From a virus (taxonomy: Duplodnaviria > Caudoviricetes), in IMG/VR virus record IMGVR_UViG_3300010429_000664, positions 26,066-90,065 of that record: 64,000 nt of DNA; one strand, given 5' to 3'. Positions within the stretch are counted from its first letter, which is position 1; each line of letters opens with the position of its first letter. Shown piece after piece: positions 50,133 to 61,300 of this stretch. The notes under the pieces were generated by a model. It saw nothing but the letters and a program-made list of their open reading frames with translations. It ran no database searches and was not told where the DNA came from. The translations under genes were made by a program, and so were the position numbers.

Positions 50133-50161
50133 AGTATAACATATCACTTACATGGTGTCAA
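50133..50161 (-). promoter_or_regulatory. Sigma70-type promoter
   Basis: TTGACA-17-TATACT with TGn; AGGAG RBS and ATG 50110. Confidence 0.8.
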
Positions 50162-51337
50162 GCACTTCTTTATCTTTAAAAAGGGAATAAAAATTAAACA
50201 CATTGCCGTAGTTATTGCCGATATAATAATCAAACAATGCAGACCTACTATCGGATACAGCCATCCTCCAATAGCTTCAGAAAACATACCGCCTAAATTC
50301 AACACTGACATAATAAGAGCAAAGGAAATAGCTTCGGCATACCTAGGAACTATCTTTACGCAGAAATCCATAACACAAAGATGGCTAATCATTCCTGTTA
50401 TTGAAAATAGAGCGGTATATATTAAAGCAACCAGCGCGTTAGGATAATAAAGATAACAAAGTGTTGTAATTGACCCGATAGATATTGTGTAATACAGAAG
50501 TTTTTTGATATTTACCCGATTACACATCTTAAAGTATATTGCCGCTCCTATCATTCCAAATGCCGAGCCGACAGAACCAAGTACACCAATAAATATCTTG
50601 CTTAATTGTAAGTGGTCTCTTTGAAGAAACATAAGAGCCGTTCCAAATCCCGGCGTTGTCCATAGAAAAAACAAAAAACAAATGGAAATCCAAAGTTGTT
50701 TGCATCTGAAAGCTTTAACAATACTGGCAAGACACTGTTGCTTCATTGACTTCTTAACTTTGTCTTCTTTATAACTGAAAATAAAAAAGATAAGAGATAG
50801 AAATACGAATCCAAAAAGAATTAAAAAAGCGTATCTATAATGCAGATACTCCGCTAGTAGTCCTCCTCCTAAACCTACTATTAACGCAGCTAGACTCGAT
50901 GCTCCCCATTGGACAGACTGTGTTTTTCCAGAAATATTATATTTTTGCCCTACTTGACATGCAACTCCGTCCGTAACTACGTCCGAGAAAGCAATCGCAA
51001 ATGCAAGTATAAGTTCTACAATAATTAACGATATAATAGTAAGGCCGAAATAAAATACGTAAAGACACGATAAAAGAACTAGAATATAACATATTATTAG
51101 ATAGGATTTTCTTCGATAACCAAAGAGTGGCCAAGCATCGGATATAAACCCGTAAACGAACTTAATTACCCACGGAACATGTATTAGAACACCAAGATAA
51201 GCAATCTGACTTACCGTTAGGTGAAAAGAATCTTTTAGTAGATAGAAAAGATTTTGACTAGGAATAGCCGAGAATCCCTGTGTAAAGTATATGATAAAAA
51301 AGAATATATAGTACTTGAGATATTTATTCTTCTTCAA
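50144..51337 (-). CDS. MFS transporter of the BT1 folate-biopterin family
   Basis: About 12 TM helices; PWVIKFVYGFISDAWPLFGYRRKSYL and FSDVV.DG motifs. Confidence 0.8.
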   Translation of the reverse strand: MKKNKYLKYYIFFFIIYFTQGFSAIPSQNLFYLLKDSFHLTVSQIAYLGVLIHVPWVIKFVYGFISDAWPLFGYRRKSYLIICYILVLLSCLYVFYFGLTIISLIIVELILAFAIAFSDVVTDGVACQVGQKYNISGKTQSVQWGASSLAALIVGLGGGLLAEYLHYRYAFLILFGFVFLSLIFFIFSYKEDKVKKSMKQQCLASIVKAFRCKQLWISICFLFFLWTTPGFGTALMFLQRDHLQLSKIFIGVLGSVGSAFGMIGAAIYFKMCNRVNIKKLLYYTISIGSITTLCYLYYPNALVALIYTALFSITGMISHLCVMDFCVKIVPRYAEAISFALIMSVLNLGGMFSEAIGGWLYPIVGLHCLIIISAITTAMCLIFIPFLKIKKCLTPCK

Positions 51338-52304
51338 AGTAATCTACTCGCTTTGCCGCATCGCATTTACAAGTTTCGGAGTGTCCGCAGCAGTTAAACT
51401 CTTCATTATAATGCTTACACTCCGTATTAGGGCAGACGTAATCGTTTATAATATAATTATTCATAATACTCCATAAAATATTCAACTTTGGTTGGATGAA
51501 ACTTTAGATATTTAATACGGATATCTTTCGGAACAATTTTAACGGCGGTTTGAACCGATTTTTCAAGTTCTTCGTACGTAGTTTGTTCCGGAACACATAT
51601 AGAAATTGGTTTCCATGTAATCATTAATGCTCACATCCTCCATTACCTTTGTTAATCTTATCACAACCTCCTTCGCAGCCAGGGCATTGCATTAGAACCC
51701 TCCTTTTATTTTGTGTAAGTTTTTTCTAGCGTGAGTAGTTACAGTCGGAACAAGAGTTTCTACGTTATAAACGTAACTAACCGGTTTTTTATTACCTATT
51801 TCGTATATAGGTATAACTTTAACTATTTTACCAATCCAGTAATCATATCTTGAACCGTGGTCTACAATACGAACAGTATCTTCCATTTTAAGAGGTCTAA
51901 TATGTTTTGATTTTGTAACAACGGAAGTAACAAGGTCTTCTAGTTTGTGTTTCTCTTCCGGTACAACAGTTACTTCTTCAAAATAATCGCTGAAGTCTAC
52001 TAGGTCTGAAAGTTGATTCCTTTTTGCGTGTAGTTTAATAAACTCATCTGCAATTTTTTTAACTAGTTGCTTCATAGGGTTCATTTCTAGTCCTTATTTG
52101 TTAACAAACACATTATATCGTTACTTCTTTGCAATTTACCAACCTTTATTCCATTTTGAAATACAGTATTCATTAACTGGTTGATAAATTCTATAGTAGA
52201 TTCTTTTGGAAGCTTTTCATAAGTTAGATAACCTCCACATGGCACATCGTAGAAATATCCTCCGTCTTCATACTCTCCTCCAATTAAAAACCATTCTTTT
52301 TTAG

Positions 52305-52676
52305 TCATCTTACCTCCATAAGTTTAATTTCTCCTGTACTGTCCGAGTAGTAACACTTTTTTATACCTACGTAGTGAATATACTGCTGGCAGTGAATACA
52401 GGGAAGGGCGAGTCTAAGTTCTCCTTGTTTATTTACCCGAATAACGAGCATAGATGCCCTTCTAAGGTCTGTTCTTGCCCGAAGTATACAGTCCTGTTCA
52501 GCGTGAATACTTCCTTCCCATTTTCTAAAGTTAGGATGTAATTTATTACTATGTCGTTTGCTATTTATGCCTACGGATATTATTTTATGCTTGTCAAATA
52601 TAACCGCAGCTAGACGATATTCTTCTTTACTACGTTCTACGGCTTTAAGTGCGGTTTTAAGGATTCTGTCGTTCAT
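52305..52676 (-). CDS. Zinc-dependent cytidine-deaminase-fold protein
   Basis: LAAVI.....IISVG.N, SIHAE.D, LALPC..C. Confidence 0.8.
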   Translation of the reverse strand: MNDRILKTALKAVERSKEEYRLAAVIFDKHKIISVGINSKRHSNKLHPNFRKWEGSIHAEQDCILRARTDLRRASMLVIRVNKQGELRLALPCIHCQQYIHYVGIKKCYYSDSTGEIKLMEVR

Positions 52677-54555
52677 TTTATTTTCAGCCAGCGGCTTTTG
52701 TTGGCGATTAAATTTTTGACTATAATCCTTGCTGTTGTTTCAGTCATGTATTCCCATATTTCTTTGACCATCGCCTTCTCATCAATCTCCACCGCATCTG
52801 CTTTCTCCTCTGCAAGCTGTTGTTCGAGGATTCTTATTCTTTCTCGATAGTCAGCTATTGGATGCTTCTCGCAAGTATGAATGTGTTCGCTAACTTTTTC
52901 TGCCGCCGCATCTATCTCAAACTCTTTTCCACAGTAAGCACAGTAAGTGAATTTATTGCTCAACGCATTTGCTACCTTATCCTCGTTCTCCTCAGCGATA
53001 GCGGCACGGATTTGCTGCTCCCATTCAACAAAATGTTGTGTATAAACAGAACAATCATCATTGCATCGCCTCGTGCAAGGTTCATAACACGATTTAGGAT
53101 ATTTCGGTGGATTCCTCAACAGCGATTGGACTTTCTCACTCATGGCTTTACCTCAAAGAAATTTATTTTTCCATAATTATCATCATAGTTTAAGTCTTGC
53201 GACCATCCCTACGTAGCAAATGCTCGCCATAGACATTATCTATCGTGTATCTCATGTCTCCTCACTATTTCTATGATGTCGTTAAGCGCATAGTTATAGT
53301 CATTGTCCAGAGGCACGACCCCGTTGTAGAGTATCCTCTGGCTCTCAATCTTTGCTATGAGTTTTGCGAGACAGTCGGCACAGTTGCCTTCTGACCCTTG
53401 ACAATCTTTATGAAGCATTTCTCTCTATCCTCATTGCTGAAATCTGACCATGATTGATGTGCTGATGCTATCGCTTCATGCCGATAGCACATATGCTTTA
53501 GTGAGCATGGCTGACTTGGCTGGCACATGGTTATGTCTGGCATTAACCCCCCCTTCCCCGCGGTCGGCGGCGTTACTTCTATTCCGTGAGACTCAAGATT
53601 GTTGATAAATGTTCCGCAATAAAAATGTCTTTCCAAATCTTCATCGTGATAATGCACCGCGTCTCTTTTCTTTTCGGCAAACTCTACAAATAGAATTGCG
53701 AGATTCAACAGATTAAGTGCGACACCATGAAAATAATCTCTTTCGCTCATTCCTTCTGGTTTCAACTCATCAAGCGAAATTTCATCACACCGATTTTTTC
53801 TTGGCATATAATTTATGACATTGATTGCCCCATCTTCCTCGTTACGATATGCCTGAACTGGTAGATTGTATTCAAAACATTCTGCTTGCTTTAACCCCAT
53901 CTATCCCTCCTTCCCGTTATGTCTTTCCAGAGACTCGACTCGAACGAGTATTCCCGCCTTCACATGTAATCGTTTTCTTCTTGTTGCCTCTGAAATTCCA
54001 TCTCTTGCGCTTTCAGCATCTCTTCTTCCTCAAGGTGCTTTTCGAGTTCCATCTCTTCTCTCTTTCTCACTCATGATTGCCTCCACAGGTATACCAAAAT
54101 GGACATTCATAACATCGACATTTACGGATTGAACAGCTCATTTGACCTCCGCTTTCTTGCAGGCTTCGCATCGGATAAGTTTGTATTCAGAGATATGTCG
54201 TTGGCATTGTTTATCCCCTATTGAGCCATTACATTGATAATCAAATGCCGCTTGCATAAACTGACACTTTGCTATTCTATGTTTGCATATTTTACATTCA
54301 TACAAACACTCGCAATCCTCGATTACCGCTACCTTGCGTTTCATAGCAATTTCTCCATTCTAATAAGTATTTTAGTTCCTAGCGGTTCTTTGTAAAACTG
54401 TTGTATCATATCCATAATAGGAACGAGAGATTCTTTAAATGAAAGTCTATTATATTTAATATCTTTCTTTGATATTTTTCCTTCTGTCCGGTGCATACCG
54501 AAATCGTAAACAGATAACGTTAAAACTCTGCTATGTACTTTCATAATTCTCCTTT

Positions 54556-55230
54556 TTACCAATACCATCTAAAGTATAATATGCCTTTAGTATCTCCAGA
54601 CCAACCTTTTCCAACTCCAACACCTACTCCTGCATTATCAGTTATCTTATATGAAGAGCCTATATAAACTCCGGTATATGATGCTAGAGCGTCAACTGTA
54701 AATTTATATATCCGATAAAAGCTAACTCCAACTCCTCCTGTAAAATTAGCAGTTGTTTCGCCTCCGGCAAAAATAAAGGGCTTCAATTCAAATCCTATTG
54801 GGTTAAGTGCGTCTTGTAGTGTTGGAACGTCTTTTACTTTTATAACTCTAAGTATTTTGCCTGTTTTATCCTGAATATGAACGTCACCGTTTTTATCAAT
54901 ATGAAGAGCATCGTGTTTTGCGTTAATTTCTATCAGTACTTCCTTGCCATACTCTAGGGCTATATTGATAGGTTTATTCTGCTGACCTTTAACAAAACCA
55001 TAACCATATATACTGCCTACGATTGTTGCATATATTGTAATGGCGCGAACGTTAAAGAAAGTAGAAAATGTCTTTGCCCATGCTACTCCGTCCGTTATGT
55101 TAAGTGCATTTAGAAACTTGGATAACGTAAACCCTTCTGGTTCTCCCGATACAGTGTCGTGTCTTCGCTGATACAAAGCAGTAACAACGCATCCCAAAAT
55201 AAAAAGAACAAGCCCGATTATATAGTACAT
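54556..55230 (-). CDS. Membrane protein with Gly-rich C-terminal beta strands ending in Trp
   Basis: Start reassigned to ATG 55230 (AAGGAG RBS); two hydrophobic segments; C-terminus GVGVGVGKGWSGDTKGILYFRWYW. Confidence 0.6.
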   Translation of the reverse strand: MYYIIGLVLFILGCVVTALYQRRHDTVSGEPEGFTLSKFLNALNITDGVAWAKTFSTFFNVRAITIYATIVGSIYGYGFVKGQQNKPINIALEYGKEVLIEINAKHDALHIDKNGDVHIQDKTGKILRVIKVKDVPTLQDALNPIGFELKPFIFAGGETTANFTGGVGVSFYRIYKFTVDALASYTGVYIGSSYKITDNAGVGVGVGKGWSGDTKGILYFRWYW

Positions 55231-55247
55231 AATATCTCCTTTTCTAT

Positions 55248-55276
55248 ACTCTATCATTATACATACTCGGTGTCAA
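55248..55276 (-). promoter_or_regulatory. Sigma70-type promoter
   Basis: TTGACA-17-TAGAGT with TGn. Confidence 0.7.
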
Positions 55277-55279
55277 CTA

Positions 55280-55547
55280 TATTTATTCCTTATTAGGCTT
55301 TTCATATTAGTGAAAATGCCGAGGCTCTAAGAGCCAAATACGTACTTCAGCATTTATGTATACTTGTACCTTACGGACGAAAACCAGAAAAACTTAGCTC
55401 GTGTTTGTCTTTTCGCTTCTTAACAACCGCTCAAGACTGCTTGCTTACGCTACGCTTCAGCAATCTTACGAAGACCTTTTAATAGGATTAAATACACGGG
55501 AAAGTTCTTCTTTTGGCCCACTCGGTTAGTTTTACTAACCTCATATC
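55280..55547 (-). ncRNA. Candidate ~270-nt structured non-coding RNA
   Basis: No ORF of 60 aa or more; own promoter; helices 55524-55540, 55433-55467, 55314-55355, 55323-55335; two G-U pairs form only on the - strand. Confidence 0.5.
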
Positions 55548-55553
55548 CATCTA

Positions 55554-55582
55554 ATTATAACAAGTTTTTACTTTCGTGTCAA
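55554..55582 (-). promoter_or_regulatory. Sigma70-type promoter
   Basis: TTGACA-17-TATAAT with TGn. Confidence 0.85.
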
Positions 55583-56099
55583 GTGGTTTGGTAAAAATAG
55601 TCTGTAAGTTATTGACTGATAACGTTGGATTTTTATTGTACTTTCTTTCACAATAATTCTCATTTTTGAGAAATTTTTTCTAATTAACCTATTAGCAAAT
55701 ACTAATAAATACTCGTATCGCGTTTTTTTATTAGTAAAATTCGTTAAAACGGTATAGAAATTTTCACCCCATCTTCATTTAATGCAATACAACTAACGTT
55801 AATACTACTTAATACTACTAGCAAACCAACCATTAGACAATACCTAATTATTCTCCCAATACTTTTCACGATAATACTCCTTTTTATAGTAACCTTCGTT
55901 CGAATCATCTTTAATGTCATAAGGGTCACGATTTATTTGTTTGTCATCATCCTGCGTCGAGCGACTATTATTCCAATAATGGTCACGATAATATTCAGAC
56001 TCATATTCGCTATCCGCATACGTTATAGCACAACAGACAAGTATCAATATAGACATTATAACGAGATAATAAAAAACTAGCATAGCATTAGATTTCATA

Positions 56100-56909
56100 C
56101 TATTTTCCAACCGCCTTTCTGTATACTTCCTCGATATGTTTATTATTTAACTGAGCATATATCATAGTCGTCTTTATATCTGAGTGTCCAAGCAACTTGC
56201 TGACAACTGAAATATCGACCCCATTCATAATAAGATGTACCGCATAAGAGTGCCTGAAGAGATGAGGATGTAACGTTAATCGCTTGAAGTTCGGCTTAAT
56301 TGTTTTGAATATATAGTTTATTCCTGCCCTACTAACGTTAAAAGCGTTTGTTTCCTCGGATTCTATACTAAAATACGCATCTAGTATCTTTGTTACACGG
56401 TCTGGAAAGAATACTTCTTTCTCCGTATGATTTTTTGTTGAGTATACTTTCGCTTTCCTGTTTATTAAGTCTATACTTGCTCGTTTAATTGAACAAAGCT
56501 CCCCTCTACGTACTCCTGTATAAAACATAAAATAAAGTATAGCCTTAACTCTTATAGCGTTCAGAAAAAGATAATCAACTGCCGGAATAATTTCATTAGT
56601 AAACTCCTCCTCGGTTATGTATTTTGGCAGTGTCTTTGGTACTTTTTGATGCTTCGGGAACTTTACCTCAATGCCCTTATACCTACAGAAACTGGTTAAT
56701 GCACGATTATAAGAATTAATAGTGTTAGCACTACATCCCTCCTTCTGTTTATTAGAAAGAAAAGACATAATCTTATCTTCGCTTATATCCAGACTGCCGT
56801 GAAACTTTTCATAACAAACCATACGACTATCGTATGTGTCAATAGAAGCCTCGGAAAGCCCGTTTACGCGCATCCAGTCTATGTAGTTATCGAGTTCTTT
56901 ACTCATCAC
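56100..56909 (-). CDS. Tyrosine recombinase (XerC/D-like)
   Basis: TGVRRGEL, TKN, HLFRHSYA, LLGHSDIKTT.IY catalytic R-K-H-R-H-Y set. Confidence 0.93.
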   Translation of the reverse strand: MMSKELDNYIDWMRVNGLSEASIDTYDSRMVCYEKFHGSLDISEDKIMSFLSNKQKEGCSANTINSYNRALTSFCRYKGIEVKFPKHQKVPKTLPKYITEEEFTNEIIPAVDYLFLNAIRVKAILYFMFYTGVRRGELCSIKRASIDLINRKAKVYSTKNHTEKEVFFPDRVTKILDAYFSIESEETNAFNVSRAGINYIFKTIKPNFKRLTLHPHLFRHSYAVHLIMNGVDISVVSKLLGHSDIKTTMIYAQLNNKHIEEVYRKAVGK

Positions 56910-57308
56910 GTTCTTTCCTAGCTCTGAGTTCAGATTCCATGTTTGCTTTTAGTACTTCTTCGTTTACCGGAAATTGTCCGTTTTTGCAGAAATTAACTAT
57001 TAAATCCCCCTGCCCTTGCTTATCTGCCACACTGACTATTTTCAGCACTTCTTCCGTAATCATTGAAGCCCCAAAATCGTGAGGGTCTGTTTCTTCTGGA
57101 GCGTTCGTTATTTTCTTCAGACGAATATACGCCAGATTAAACATCGGAGACTCAATTAACTTTTCAGCATCTCTTATATTAGCTGACTTTTGACTGTATA
57201 TTTCCGCCTTAATTTGCGTTCTCTCGTCGTCCGTCAAACGCTTTTCTACTAATAGTATTCGTTCAAGGTCTTTTACTGACTTATTATCAAAAAATTCTCT
57301 ATCGTACT

Positions 57309-58394
57309 TCATACTTCCTCCTTATACTTCGCCAGAAAGGTTTTACCGTTATCTCCTATAACTCGACTCGGAACTCTATTTACATAATTATACTCTACCA
57401 GAAAAGGTTCATACTCGGTTATATATTCGTCTGGAGATAAACCCGATTTAATTGCTACCACGTTAGCGCCCATCGCTCGTGTACTACTATTAAGAAGTTT
57501 TATAATTTTAACATCCGTTTTCGTTAATCCTTCTGCTAGTATATGATTATTTTTTAATACCTTATCGATGTTTTGTTCTACAATGAAATCCTCAAGTAAT
57601 GAAATCGCAGTTCTCGGATTATATTTACAATTACCGCTTATTGTTTCTATAATATTTTCTTTAATCTGTTCATACGGATACAAACGACTTGCATATTGTA
57701 TGATAATTTTACCGATGTCCTCCTTATTGTACTTAACAAACGTAAGATGATGAGGTATTCTGTCTAACGTATCTGGATTATTTTTAACTAGCTCATGCTT
57801 GTTGATTGTCGCTCCGGCAAAGATAAACGGTTTAATCGGATTACCATTTAATTCAAACTTTTCAATAATAGGATTTAATACCTTAATAACTTTAGCGTCC
57901 ATTGTATCTATTTCATCAATAAAAAACACTACATTTTTTTCAACAGTAGCGTTTATATCCGCTACCACATTGGCCAGTACATTTTCGTCTACCTGCCTAC
58001 CGATATAAGATATCATCTTTGCTTGTAAATTATTTGCTAGTATCTCGATAAAAGTAGTCTTTCCATGCCCCTTAATGCCGTTTACGAATAAGTGCGCTTT
58101 CATATTACGGTTTACTTTTTTTACAATAGTTTCTGCTCTTTGCTTCGCTTCCTCCTGTCCGATAAATTCATTAAAGGTTTTAGGTCGGAATTCGTATGTT
58201 TGTTCTCTTGTAACTGCCGATTTTATCTCAGGACGCTTATGAATTCCATTCATCTCCGCCCATGTTTTATCTGAAAAAGATATTCCCTCCGCTTTCTTAG
58301 GCTTAAAAATAAAGGAAAGCATTCCCGTTGATATCTGATATATTATATAAAAGAAAAGGGCATAGATGATTAAAAATATCAATATAAAAATCAT
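57309..58394 (-). CDS. RuvB-like AAA+ ATPase with N-terminal transmembrane segment
   Basis: RPKTFNEFIGQE, GHGKTT, FFIDEID, AGAT, DR, PRTA, EPFL; the first 30 aa are hydrophobic and the start has a GAGGA RBS. Confidence 0.8.
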   Translation of the reverse strand: MIFILIFLIIYALFFYIIYQISTGMLSFIFKPKKAEGISFSDKTWAEMNGIHKRPEIKSAVTREQTYEFRPKTFNEFIGQEEAKQRAETIVKKVNRNMKAHLFVNGIKGHGKTTFIEILANNLQAKMISYIGRQVDENVLANVVADINATVEKNVVFFIDEIDTMDAKVIKVLNPIIEKFELNGNPIKPFIFAGATINKHELVKNNPDTLDRIPHHLTFVKYNKEDIGKIIIQYASRLYPYEQIKENIIETISGNCKYNPRTAISLLEDFIVEQNIDKVLKNNHILAEGLTKTDVKIIKLLNSSTRAMGANVVAIKSGLSPDEYITEYEPFLVEYNYVNRVPSRVIGDNGKTFLAKYKEEV

Positions 58395-58395
58395 A

Positions 58396-61300
58396 CTATT
58401 CCTCTAATTCTTCTAAATGCCGTTTAGGACACTCTCCACCCAAGTCAAAGAATATCTTACGATAAAGTATACGTTTGCGCGTATTTTTTATTTCCTCTAT
58501 CTTTTGCCATGTTCTGTTATTGCCGTGATAATTAAGCCAATCTACTATCATCAATTTTTCTGGAGAATCCTCCTCCTTTTTCTTATCTATTTTACTCTGA
58601 AGTTCATTATTTTCATTTGTACTAACTTCTTCCAATACTGCTCCACACAGTGGACAATCGTTTGTCTCTCCATCTTCTGCAAATATATCCAATACATCAT
58701 AATTACACTCAGGGCAGTGATAGTATGTCATTTAATCCTCCCCTAAAAAATCAAAATCAATACTGTAAGCATCCCACCATCTCTTACCGACTTTAATTTG
58801 AAATCCGCTAGTATCGTAAAGCCATCTATACTCTACTCTTCCTTTTCCGTAATATATTCCCTCCTCTACCGAGGACAACATTCGTTCTACTTTTACAGGA
58901 CGCGAAATTGGCACTCCGTATCCCAGTGCTATCAAATCCGGTCTTATTCTACAGGTCTTCTTCATTATCGACCTCCCTTACAACACCGCCAAAGTAATTA
59001 CTGGCGTTTATCTTTGCTTCCATCCATGAAGTAAATCCTCCAAAATACAGGTCATTGCACATCCAACACCAATCACCAAATGTATTAGGGCGTATCTTTA
59101 CAACAACGTTATGATTATCGTACAGGTCTTTTTCATAATCTTCAAAAATATCCATATAATCTCCTATTCGGCAATTATATCTGTTAAATTGTATCCGCAG
59201 TGCTGACATTCTAATCTATCGGTATCTATAATAGGCGCATCATCCATGTTATACAACGTGATAACCCCATTATCATCAACCCTTGCAGTACATAAAGTGT
59301 TAGAATAAACATTAACTGCCGTAATGTCATTATCACAACTAGGACATTTCATATTAATCTCCTTATCCAATTAATGACGTTAAATTTTCCCCACATTCAC
59401 ATTCATATTCAGTGTCTCCTATTACCGATATATCGTCGTTCTCCTTTATTGCTCCCGTCTTTTTATCATAAGTTCCCGACCGACAGATTGTTTGATAAAT
59501 AGTCACTTCCTTGATTGTACGTTTACATTCTGGACATCTCATATTATTCTCCGTATTTTTCCAAATATTGTTCGTGATTGTTGTTACCACAACAAGGGCA
59601 GTCATCCCCTATATGCCTGTCATATTCGTAACCGCATTTATCGCAGCAAATGGTTTCCTCTAATTCCAGACGCTCCCAACAATCCACGCAGAGATGTTCC
59701 GTATCAAATGAATAAAGTTTCCTATCTTCTTCTGTAAACTCCTTTCCGCATTGAGAACATTGATTCTTTGAATAGCAATCAAGACATATTTCTTCTGCGT
59801 CATCGACGATAAACTTGAATCGTTTACCGCACATTTTACATTTATAATTTCTCATAGAATATCCTTTCGTTTAATTAATCACGAAAGCCATAAACAAGTC
59901 AGTCAGAGTTTTAACTTCATTTTTGGTAATTTTATGAACCCCACTTACTGTAGAATAAGTTGTTTTATCTCCAAACCCAAATTCTTCATCTACGTTGGCT
60001 TCTGCAAAACTCCGAGCGGAATCCAAGTCATTTGCGACAACAATACAATGTTGACGATATTCATGTTCTCCATCGCGTACCTTGACATCAACAAGATAAT
60101 AGTTTTTAGCCATGTTGTACCTCCGACATCTTCGCTTCGTGCATAGTGAAATGTCCGCTTCGCAGTATGAACATCAACTGCTCCGGTTCAAAGTCATTCA
60201 GATAATCATAATAATCATCCATCAACCTCTGTATCAATTCGTCTTTGGTTTCCTGTACCATATTAAAACCTCCTTCCAATTTCGTTGAGTAAGTTTTCCT
60301 GATACCATATTTCTGCTTCCGTTAAACCTCGATTCATCCGCTTCAAGACCTTGAGTTTATACAATTCCTTTTTCAGTTCTGCATATTTGAGTTTTGCCAG
60401 TTCGGGAGTTTGCCCATTACTCTGCTGAAAATTAACTGCGTTCATTGCAGCCAGTGGCTTCATATAGTCCTCCGTTTCTTACTGATAATAACTACCGCTA
60501 ACACGTTAAGGATAAACCCATAGACCTTAACCAGTGTAGCCGTAGTCCATGTTGCCCTATGCGTACATGACTTCACTACCTGTTCACTAAACAACTCATC
60601 TACATACTGATATGCCGTCCACCATTTTCTCATATTTCCTCCCATCTTTATAATAGCATTTTCTGTGGTTACATAACAAGCACTATTTTTTCATCATATT
60701 CTCGTCTACGGCCATTTATTTCCTGCACTAATTCTTTATCAGAATAAAAATAATATCCCTTAAACCCATTTCTCAAAATATTATTCCAATAATCTCCATC
60801 CGCCATATCAATATCGTCATCTATCAACCAATCAATTATCTGCGCCTTAGTTTGTTCAATTATTTTCATTTAACTCCTCCTCGTTAAAACAGTCTTCACA
60901 AATAAAACCTTTATCTCCCGCTCCTAGAAATACTTCATCTGTATCCCAGTCCATTTCACACCCACATTCATCACAGACTGTTTTGTTATTCATATTTACT
61001 CCTGTGTTTCCCAGTATCTACTGTATAGGTCATTATATTCATCCAAATCAACATCTAAAATCCACTCCGACACAATAAAATCTTCAAGATATCTTTCCCG
61101 CGCCTCATACATCAAGGTTTCGAGTCTATCAACTTCCTTCTTGGTTAGTTTTCTCATATCAATCCTTTCTATAAATTGCTTCTGCACGAAAAACATTATT
61201 CGGAACGCCATTTACACATTCAAGCGTATGCGTATTACCGTTCGCATCTCTCATTGTATAAATTAGCATTGTTCTATGTTCCACTCCAATTACACCCCCA

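Noticed and set aside
55605-55627. dif/att-like palindrome TTAT-N6-ATAA near the recombinase
   Set aside because: The arm orientation is opposite to dif (ATAA-N6-TTAT) and the symmetry is only ~5 bp in AT-rich DNA.
19594-56842. Additional TTGACA hits at 19594, 37628, 45170 and 56837
   Set aside because: No acceptable -10 box at the expected ~17-nt spacing, and they lie inside coding regions.
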